The notes beneath the pieces were generated by a model. The model saw only the letters and a program-made list of their open reading frames with translations. It was not told the DNA's origin and searched no databases. From Oligoflexales bacterium (lineage in GTDB: Bacteria > Bdellovibrionota_B > Oligoflexia > Oligoflexales > CAIYRB01), in contig JBGSUI010000059.1 of NCBI GenBank assembly GCA_041736175.1, forward strand, positions 32,001 through 96,000: a stretch of 64,000 bases of DNA, given 5' to 3'. How positions within the stretch are numbered: position 1 is the stretch's first letter; each line of letters starts with the position of its first letter. Positions 56,643-64,000 of the stretch are shown here, one piece after another. Position numbers and translations under genes: made by a program.

Positions 56643-57908
56643 TTAATAGAGTTCCTTGAGCCAATTTATGAGGGTTCCAAAATATCCTAGATGTCGGAGC
56701 GATTTTTTATTGGAAAATGACAGTTGTAATCTGTTGATTTCTAAATCAATCAACCCTAACGTTGTGGCCATTGGACCGGAATACCGAGGTCTTTGGTTAT
56801 TCGGGAGCCCGTTTGGTTCAGTAAAAAGTTTGAGTTCAGGGTCAATTCTGGTTACAGGAAGGCCTAAAAAATTAGTAAAAATTTCTATAATTCCAGTAAT
56901 ATTGGCAGCACCACCGGTCAAAACAATGCCGCCCTTTAAATAGTTTTTAAAGGGAGAGATCTCTTTTCCGACTAATAGGGCGAGCTCATAGATCCTAGGG
57001 CCGAGGATTTTGAGAGCGTCAGAACGGGTGATAGATTTTATTTTTCCAAAAATATCTTGGAAATCCGCCGGAAAATATTCTAAATCTGAAGCAAGATGAA
57101 GCTTTAGATTTTCGGCGTCTCTCATTGATATGCCTAATCCAATTGAAAGATCGCTAGTCATCATTTTGCCAGCTATATTGACTGTGTAGAGATGGATCGG
57201 TTGGCCGTTAACATAGATAAGGCCATCTGAAGTCCCTCCGCCAATATCTAGCACAGTACAGCCTACAGCCTTGAGTTCGTCACTGAGTGTTACAGAGGAA
57301 GAGGCTAAAGGTTCAGAAAATAGCTTGACGACATGGAGGCCACTTTTGTTGCAAATATCGACAATATCACGGAGATAGGATTTTTCAGCATCGATTACAA
57401 AAAACTCGCCGCCAACTTGATCACCGTAAAGGCCCAGAGGATTGTCAAGTTTTTTGCGGGAATCGACTGTATAGGAAATAGGGATGATATGTAGGATTTC
57501 TCTTTTATGAGAATTATGATCAACTTCGACCTGTTTGGTTAGGTCGTGGAGATCTTTTAGTGTGACAACCTTTTTAACTAGAGGTCGACTGGCGGTTACC
57601 GTATGTCCCTTTAAGTGAGAGCCTGCGACTCCTACGATAGCGTGGTGGACATCTAGAAGGGTATTTTTCTCAAAATTGTCTATGAGCTTTGATAGGCATT
57701 TAATCGCTTTTTCCTTATCAGCAAGCATACCTCGGTGCATGCCTTCAGCAGGTATACTCGAAGTCAAAATATCTAGTTTTCCCCCCATATCTGAAGGTTG
57801 GATTAGGTGCGCTATGCAAAACTTGGTTGTCCCAAGGTCAAGGGCGCAAATGTTTTTGATTTCTTTTAAGATGGCCAGATCGGGGAAGGGATCAGATTTG
57901 GGTAACAT
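56643..57908 (-). CDS. ftsA: Cell division protein FtsA
   Basis: ALDLGTTK, EPLASS, LDIGGGTSD, AENLK, GIVLTGGAA; upstream of ftsZ. Confidence 0.9.
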   Translation of the reverse strand: MLPKSDPFPDLAILKEIKNICALDLGTTKFCIAHLIQPSDMGGKLDILTSSIPAEGMHRGMLADKEKAIKCLSKLIDNFEKNTLLDVHHAIVGVAGSHLKGHTVTASRPLVKKVVTLKDLHDLTKQVEVDHNSHKREILHIIPISYTVDSRKKLDNPLGLYGDQVGGEFFVIDAEKSYLRDIVDICNKSGLHVVKLFSEPLASSSVTLSDELKAVGCTVLDIGGGTSDGLIYVNGQPIHLYTVNIAGKMMTSDLSIGLGISMRDAENLKLHLASDLEYFPADFQDIFGKIKSITRSDALKILGPRIYELALLVGKEISPFKNYLKGGIVLTGGAANITGIIEIFTNFLGLPVTRIDPELKLFTEPNGLPNNQRPRYSGPMATTLGLIDLEINRLQLSFSNKKSLRHLGYFGTLINWLKELY

Positions 57909-57923
57909 TTCAGACCCACTCCT

Positions 57924-58799
57924 TTAAGATGAGGGCTTTGCATATTTAATAAAAGCTTTTTCTTTGTAGTCTAATTCAACTTTTTCGATGTTTATGTCGC
58001 CATTTTTAAGCTTTATTTTGCTAAGACGGGATAATTTGATTTGAAAGGGTGCACGCCCTAAAACCAATTCGACAGGGGGTGTTGTGAGATAAGCAGTGAA
58101 GCCCCTGGATTTATCGAAAATTAACTCGTTTCTAGTTTTAAAACTGGTGGCTTCGAGGTTTTTTGTGAGTTCAATGGATTCAAGGATGATGACCGATTTT
58201 TCTTGAGTCACTACGAAAGAACGATCAGAGTTGATTTGGATGTTGCTAACTTCTTTAGCATCAAAAACACCATTGACTATGTAGTTTGGACATTGGTTAC
58301 GATCCGTGGCATGTCCATAGATTTGGCCTTTTTCGGTGACGAACCTGGTGACATCCATTTGCATACACAAGTAGGGCTCCTTGGGCGTCAGTTGAACCAT
58401 ATATTTTTTAAACCCCACTTTCTTAGAGGAAATTTTTGCTAAGAATCCGTAATTAAGTGCAATTTTCGCAAATTTTCCTAAGGAGTCAATCCCCTCATGA
58501 TTCACTGCACTTTTTAATTGGTCTGCAATCATTGCTAGACCTAAGGAATGGGGACTTGTCAGGGGGTAAAAAATCTTCAAATCTATTTCAGACTTTAAAG
58601 TTCTTGTATGACTTTGGAAAGAATTTCGAATCCAGAAAGAGGCGATCGAGGTATAGATTTTGTGTTGAAAATAGCCAAATAGTAAGGCAACGCTTAAAAA
58701 GCCGCTCATGATCACAATAAGAATTTTATTTTTAAAAAAGAAATCGACTTTGTTTTGGCTATAAAGAACAGATTTAGCTTTTTTTTTAGTAGGTTTCAT
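57924..58799 (-). CDS. ftsQ: Divergent FtsQ/DivIB-like bitopic membrane protein
   Basis: Basic N-terminus, single TM, periplasmic domain ending VELDY..KAFIK; position between murC and ftsA. Confidence 0.55.
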   Translation of the reverse strand: MKPTKKKAKSVLYSQNKVDFFFKNKILIVIMSGFLSVALLFGYFQHKIYTSIASFWIRNSFQSHTRTLKSEIDLKIFYPLTSPHSLGLAMIADQLKSAVNHEGIDSLGKFAKIALNYGFLAKISSKKVGFKKYMVQLTPKEPYLCMQMDVTRFVTEKGQIYGHATDRNQCPNYIVNGVFDAKEVSNIQINSDRSFVVTQEKSVIILESIELTKNLEATSFKTRNELIFDKSRGFTAYLTTPPVELVLGRAPFQIKLSRLSKIKLKNGDINIEKVELDYKEKAFIKYAKPSS

Positions 58800-58889
58800 G
58801 AATGGTCCTGAGCACCAAGCTACAAAGAAAATCCAGAGACTCTTTAGTCTTGAGGGCGGCTCAGTCTTATTCTATCGAGTAAACCTAAA

Positions 58890-60269
58890 TTAGTCATTAA
58901 AGAGGTCTTGAATTTTAGGCGTTAGAGTGTCTACATCTCCAGCCCCTAATGTCAGTATTGATGGATTGCTAAGATGGCATTCCTTGATAAGGGGGATGAC
59001 CTCGTCAAGGGATGTGCAACCGATAGCTTTTGTTTGGCTAAGCTTGCCGAGGTCCTGGGCGATAGTAAAAGGACTATAGAGTCCAAAGTCAGTTTCCCCA
59101 GCACTATAAACGGGAGTTACTATAACAAGATCTGCTTTTTTAAATGACGAAAGCATTTCTTCATACATCGTTTCGAGTCTAGAAAATCTATGGGGCTGAA
59201 AAATAACGATCAGAGGAAAATTGGGATAAGAATCCTTTAACGAATTGATACAAGCCGTCATTTTTCCAGGATTATGGGCATAGTCGTCGAAAATTCTGAC
59301 TTCGGAATTTTCGAGGATTTTAGATAATCTTCGATGTACACCATTAAATGACTTCAAGCTCTCAGCAGCTTTTTGAATATTTTGTCCAAGGACTCTTGTC
59401 GTCGACAAAGCGGCAAGAGCATTTAAGACATTGTGGGTCCCAATAAGAGGGATTTCGATAGGTATTTGATCCCTTTCAACAATAGCTAAAAAACTGGTCT
59501 TGAAGCCTAAACTGCTTAAATTGACTGCTCTGACGTCACACCCAATATTTAGGCCAAACGTTAGGAAATTTTTATGAGGACTTAGTTTAACTATATTGCG
59601 GGCCCAGTCTTGATCCCAGTATAAAACCGAGGTGCCTTCATTGGTGACTAAATCAGTAAATTTCGAAAAATAAGACTTTAGATTATCATAGGTCTTATAG
59701 AATTCCAAATGATCTAAATCAACATTTGTAACAACAGCGACATGAGGATGGTAGGACAGGAAACTCCCATCAGATTCGTCAGCTTCGGCGATAAAATAGG
59801 TGCCCTTTCCGAAACGTAATGAATCACCATACCGCGACATAACAGCACCGATGACGGCAGTTGGATCTAGCTGCAGATCATCTAAAATATGGGTGATGAT
59901 TGACGATGTGGTAGATTTCCCATGAGTCCCAGTAACCAAAATCTGTTTGTGTTGGCTCATCAACCTATCTAGAAACTCCGAACGATGAAACACCTTAATC
60001 CCGAGGTTTGAGGATTCTAGAGCCGAGAGGAGTTCAGGGTTTTCTTTTGAGATTGCGGAAGAGTACACAATGATACCAGCTGGCAACCAACCCATGGAAT
60101 CGTGACGTCTCACTATGTGACCAAGATCGGAGACTCTTTCGATATTTGAGAGGTCACTGCCTTGAACTTCATAACCCATTAATTTGGCTAACTGTGCTAA
60201 GGGCCTCATTCCCGAACCAAAGATGCCAATAAAATGCACAAGGTTATGATTTATGGAAATGTTGTTCAT
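58890..60269 (-). CDS. murC: UDP-N-acetylmuramate--L-alanine ligase
   Basis: HFIGIFGSGM, VTGTHGKSTT, AEADESDGSF, DDYAHNP, FQPHRFSR, LGAGDV. Confidence 0.94.
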   Translation of the reverse strand: MNNISINHNLVHFIGIFGSGMRPLAQLAKLMGYEVQGSDLSNIERVSDLGHIVRRHDSMGWLPAGIIVYSSAISKENPELLSALESSNLGIKVFHRSEFLDRLMSQHKQILVTGTHGKSTTSSIITHILDDLQLDPTAVIGAVMSRYGDSLRFGKGTYFIAEADESDGSFLSYHPHVAVVTNVDLDHLEFYKTYDNLKSYFSKFTDLVTNEGTSVLYWDQDWARNIVKLSPHKNFLTFGLNIGCDVRAVNLSSLGFKTSFLAIVERDQIPIEIPLIGTHNVLNALAALSTTRVLGQNIQKAAESLKSFNGVHRRLSKILENSEVRIFDDYAHNPGKMTACINSLKDSYPNFPLIVIFQPHRFSRLETMYEEMLSSFKKADLVIVTPVYSAGETDFGLYSPFTIAQDLGKLSQTKAIGCTSLDEVIPLIKECHLSNPSILTLGAGDVDTLTPKIQDLFND

Positions 60270-60288
60270 AGTAAAATCAAATACCAGT

Positions 60289-61311
60289 TCAAGGATTTTG
60301 TGATGATTTTCGGCTAGCTTCAGCGATTTGTTCCCACAACCAGGGGTTTTCGCTGCCTATAGTGTCTTTTATTTTTGTAAAGGGAAGCGCAGTGTTTAGG
60401 CCTTTTTCCCGCAGGCAAATCGGATCAATAAGTCCCGAATAGGATGAGGCTTGGCAGCCACGCCTTTTCGCAAAGATTTCAGGAGATTCATGAGTCCCCT
60501 GATAACGATAGTGACTATAACTATTTTGTCCAGGACCCGCCAGATGCATTCCAATGGGCGCTTGGTTGGTTTTGTCGACGATCAGGCCACCTGAGGAGCC
60601 GCCAACAGCATCACAGTCGTGAGCGAGCCAAAATGGGGTTGTGACTTCTATAGTCCTACAGGGACTCTCTGCCAGAGGCATGCCCCAAGGGTAATGCAAA
60701 AGCACATCAGACTGGTGCTGGAAGGGTTTCAGACGAGACAAATTAATCCAATTAAACCTTTGTCCTAGATTGTAGTCACCATCATATGTTTTTAACAAGA
60801 TATCATTAGATACATAATAAACAGCAAAACCCACTGAATCGCTTTTAAAAACTAGATTGTTGAATAATAATTTTCTTTCACTGATCTCCGAAGATCTTCG
60901 GTCAACCTGGCCAATATATTCCCCATAAATCTGACCTTGGGCATTTATAATGGTGTACTGACCCCGTTGTCCTGGGGGAAGGGTGTTCCACGGATTTAAC
61001 GAAATGAGTCCATCAGAGCAATGTGCTGCGGTAAGAAGGTGATTTCGGGAAATGAAAATACCAGAGCAAACCTGGATTGGGCTTTGATTGGGATTGTTAA
61101 ATTGGGTGACCTGGACCATGGTTTTGGCGTGATCAGAGATCTGGTCGCCACTTAAAAAATCGATTTCCAGGTTATCGAAGATTGATTGAGGGGAGCTTTC
61201 TGTTTTAACACCGCAGCTCGCCAGGAGTTGGCCGATCAAAGCCAGTATAAAGAGACGAATTCTTAAATTTTTCTGGATGTTCCACATAGACCTGGCATCA
61301 GAGATAACCAT
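60289..61311 (-). CDS. Trypsin-like serine peptidase, probable lipoprotein
   Basis: Lipobox LASC; CSG...LLTAAHC; HDCDAVGGSSGG. Confidence 0.8.
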   Translation of the reverse strand: MVISDARSMWNIQKNLRIRLFILALIGQLLASCGVKTESSPQSIFDNLEIDFLSGDQISDHAKTMVQVTQFNNPNQSPIQVCSGIFISRNHLLTAAHCSDGLISLNPWNTLPPGQRGQYTIINAQGQIYGEYIGQVDRRSSEISERKLLFNNLVFKSDSVGFAVYYVSNDILLKTYDGDYNLGQRFNWINLSRLKPFQHQSDVLLHYPWGMPLAESPCRTIEVTTPFWLAHDCDAVGGSSGGLIVDKTNQAPIGMHLAGPGQNSYSHYRYQGTHESPEIFAKRRGCQASSYSGLIDPICLREKGLNTALPFTKIKDTIGSENPWLWEQIAEASRKSSQNP

Positions 61312-61431
61312 TTTGCACTCCCCCTGTTAAACCCCCACTCTAATGGTGCCTTAGATGTTGTCAAGTAAAGCATCAACAAAGCCTCGTTGGGACCAGGTGC
61401 CTGATGGAAAAAATAAATTAATATTAGCGTG

Positions 61432-62574
61432 TTAGCCTAAATTCGGGGGTACAGGATTCGTATCATCGGAGGTGTCGATACCACGCGCGAGCTTGGCAAG
61501 GATGCCTATGCTCAATAGACTGACAAGAAGTGAGCTACTACCGGACGAAATAAAAGGCAGAGCCATTCCCTTTGTAGGTAGAATTCCCACCGCAACTCCC
61601 ATATTCAACAGCACCTGAAAAGTCAACATAGAGGTTAGACCAAAGCTAAGGAACTTCCGAAAGTTAATAGTCTGTAATCGAGTAATATAAAATCCTATTG
61701 TTGCCAGACAAATAAATGCAGCTATAAGGGACATGAGACCTATAAGTCCTAACTCTTCGGTCACGACGGCAACGATAAAATCAGTGTGCGCCTCAGGAAG
61801 AAAAAAGAGTTTCTGTTTCGATTCACCCAATCCAGAGCCAAAAAAGCCGCCATTTGCGAACGCAACAAAACTTTGAATGATCTGAAATCCGTGCCCCTGA
61901 GCCTGAGACCAAGGATCCAAAAAACTGACCAATCTCGTCCATCGATAGGGCTCTAGAGCGACAGCTGCAAAAAAGGCCCCAGCAACACCGAGACTTAGGG
62001 CCGTTAAATAAGGTATAGGAATCCCGGCAACAATTAACATTGAAAGGGCAGCACATATCAGGAGCATAGGAGTTCCAAGGTCTTTTTGGATGAGTAATAA
62101 GCCGACTATAAGACTTAAGATAATGAAATTTGGGAGGATCCCTCTCAAAAAGTCATGGATCTTATTTGCAGGTCTGCTGAGATTTTTTGCGAGAAAAAGA
62201 ACAAATACGATTTTGGTGAGTTCGCCTGGCTGGCCGCCAATATAAGGGATATTGAGCCACCGAGAGGCTCCTCCTACCTTATGATAGGCTCCAGGTACAA
62301 AAATTAAAGCTAAAAGGAAGAAAATAATCAGTAGGCTAGGAAGCACGGCTCGTTCAATGTATTTAAAAGGAACGATCAGAATGATCCAGACTAGAAAATA
62401 GCCGAGACAGGCGTTTAGAAACTGCTTCTTTACGAAAAAAAATTCGTCGTTGAATAACTGAGCGCCCTTAAGAGAGCTCGAAGCGTAAATGGCTATAAAT
62501 CCAAATGAAGTGAGTAGAAGGCTGATAAGTAGTAACAGGTTACCTAGATGATTCCCTGTTTTGTGTTCTACCAA
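61432..62574 (-). CDS. ftsW: Lipid II polymerase FtsW (SEDS family)
   Basis: IYASSS, GASRWL, QPGELTK, QKDLGT, FLPEAHTDF, PTKGMALPFISSG. Confidence 0.93.
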   Translation of the reverse strand: MVEHKTGNHLGNLLLLISLLLTSFGFIAIYASSSLKGAQLFNDEFFFVKKQFLNACLGYFLVWIILIVPFKYIERAVLPSLLIIFFLLALIFVPGAYHKVGGASRWLNIPYIGGQPGELTKIVFVLFLAKNLSRPANKIHDFLRGILPNFIILSLIVGLLLIQKDLGTPMLLICAALSMLIVAGIPIPYLTALSLGVAGAFFAAVALEPYRWTRLVSFLDPWSQAQGHGFQIIQSFVAFANGGFFGSGLGESKQKLFFLPEAHTDFIVAVVTEELGLIGLMSLIAAFICLATIGFYITRLQTINFRKFLSFGLTSMLTFQVLLNMGVAVGILPTKGMALPFISSGSSSLLVSLLSIGILAKLARGIDTSDDTNPVPPNLG

Positions 62575-62606
62575 GAGGAGGATCCTTATTTGGAGTGCGC
62601 TGGATA

Positions 62607-63905
62607 CTATGAATTTCCCTCCATTAAGATTATCTGATCTGAAAAAAATTGACCACGCTGTTCATAGTTTTCGAATTCGTCAAAACTCGCGCACCCAGGA
62701 GAAAAAAGAACAGGGTATTGATGCTGTAAAATGAGGGCTTTCAAAGCTGATACAGCTTCTTTAAGGCTTCTAAAGCAATAACGATGTCTAACTGTGGAAA
62801 GCTCATCGTAGATGACCTGTCCAGAAGAACCAAAAGCTACCAGCGCGCCGATTTTTTGCGTTTGATCTAAAATAGGGGTATAGGGTTCGCCCTTTCCCTG
62901 ACCTCCCATAAAAAGGATTACTGGGCTGCTACAACCTTTTAAGGCGGCTAGAGTCGAATCTACATTGGTCGATTTGCTGTCATTAGTGACTTCAACACCA
63001 AAAAAAGATCCAATTTTTTGGCATCTATAGGGTAAACCGGTAAAATCCTGTAACGACGAACTTATCTCCTTGTCGCTATAACCGGTTAAGAAGGCGACGC
63101 TTGTAGCGGCAAAACAGAAGTTGAGAATATTGTGAGGAGACCTAAGATGAGAGGGAGTCAAATCCTTATAGACCGAGGAGCTAGGTTCTATGACCTTGAT
63201 GTTTGAGATAGGTTCTATTTGATACTTGCGACATAAATCTAAAACCTCTGGTGTGACGTAACCAATACCTTTAGGGATGAGTGTCGCGAAAATCGACCAT
63301 TTTGCCCGAAAATAGGTTTCTAAAGTTCCATGACGGCCTAAATGGTCGAAAGAAAAATTACTAAAAATGGCTACTTTGGAACTTTTAAATCGAGATATTT
63401 CTAATTGATAGGAAGATAGTTCAAGAATCAGATAATCGGGAGACCTGTTTTCGGCAAGCATTTTAGAGGGTGGATCCCCAAAGTTCCCTCCAGGAAGTGC
63501 GTTATGCCCGAGGTTTTTTAAGGAGTGGGCGATCATGGCACAAATGGTGCTCTTTCCGTTAGTCCCTGTAACTGCCACGGTCGTTCCCGAATACTCAGCC
63601 ATGGCAAGATCTATTTCCGAAAAAATAGGTATTTTTCGGTGCTTGGATAGGGCGATAAGGGGGTGTGACTCAGGAACCCCAGGCGAACAGATCATAACAT
63701 CGCACTGTTCAAGGTGAGCGTCACTATGACCACCTTCAAAAATTTCAGCACCAATCTTTATAAACTGATCTCTTAGTCGGGGGAGGATTTTTTTGCCATC
63801 ACTGACCCTTATTAAAGTGCAGCGCTTGGCTAATAACTGGGCCGCCCCTAGACCAGAGATGCCGCCGCCAATGATTAGGGCCCTTTTGTAGTATTTTTGA
63901 GTCAT
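62607..63905 (-). CDS. murD: UDP-N-acetylmuramoyl-L-alanine--D-glutamate ligase
   Basis: SPGVP, VTGTNGKST, LELSSYQL, NDSKSTN, FSPGCASFDEF. Confidence 0.95.
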   Translation of the reverse strand: MTQKYYKRALIIGGGISGLGAAQLLAKRCTLIRVSDGKKILPRLRDQFIKIGAEIFEGGHSDAHLEQCDVMICSPGVPESHPLIALSKHRKIPIFSEIDLAMAEYSGTTVAVTGTNGKSTICAMIAHSLKNLGHNALPGGNFGDPPSKMLAENRSPDYLILELSSYQLEISRFKSSKVAIFSNFSFDHLGRHGTLETYFRAKWSIFATLIPKGIGYVTPEVLDLCRKYQIEPISNIKVIEPSSSVYKDLTPSHLRSPHNILNFCFAATSVAFLTGYSDKEISSSLQDFTGLPYRCQKIGSFFGVEVTNDSKSTNVDSTLAALKGCSSPVILFMGGQGKGEPYTPILDQTQKIGALVAFGSSGQVIYDELSTVRHRYCFRSLKEAVSALKALILQHQYPVLFSPGCASFDEFENYEQRGQFFSDQIILMEGNS

Positions 63906-63915
63906 TCAAATCATC

Positions 63916-63999
63916 TCATTTTAATTTTTGTAATAGTTCCACTATTCGGTCCAACCGTATCCCTCTAGAAGCTTTTACATAAATCAAGGGTTGTGTGCA
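63916..63999 (-). CDS. murF: 3' end of MurF (partial; cut by window edge)
   Basis: Manual translation CTQPLIYVKASRGIRLDRIVELLQKLK* matches the MurF C-terminal VK(G/A)SRG..L..(I/V)V motif; not in the ORF track. Confidence 0.75.
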   Translation of the reverse strand, partial: CTQPLIYVKASRGIRLDRIVELLQKLK

Positions 64000-64000
64000 A

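Overview
This is the chromosomal replication-origin region of a Gram-negative bacterium. Gene order and protein sequences suggest a Bdellovibrionota/Oligoflexia or other 'deltaproteobacterial' lineage (inference). The core is dnaA-oriC-dnaN-gyrB-gyrA-gatCAB on the minus strand. On the other side is an F1Fo ATP synthase cluster split by a 1.8-kb non-coding block with five parS sites and by parAB. Flanking these are a reduced dcw cluster (murF end, murD, ftsW, murC, ftsQ-like, ftsA, ftsZ), a rearranged pyrG-kdsD-lptCA / lptB-rpoN-rapZ cluster, gcvP, rpoH, a UvrD/Rep helicase, amgK-murU and small accessory inserts (AIPR plus an AAA/DUF4143 ATPase; an orphan XRE antitoxin with a toxin remnant). 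The most notable observations are: (1) a 395-aa Ser-initiated intein with a decayed LAGLIDADG region in the GyrB TOPRIM motif; (2) parS sites embedded in longer, site-specific perfect palindromes, four of them at about 180-bp spacing; (3) a vWA + CTERM-like sorting signal + second signal peptide + outer-membrane beta-barrel fusion protein, preceded by a second DnaA-box cluster; (4) a probable CUG start codon for lptC; (5) an oriC built from inverted 11-bp-phased DnaA-box arrays; (6) a dcw cluster lacking both mraY and murG, with a protease gene in the murG slot. All calls come from motif reading by eye; no searches were run.
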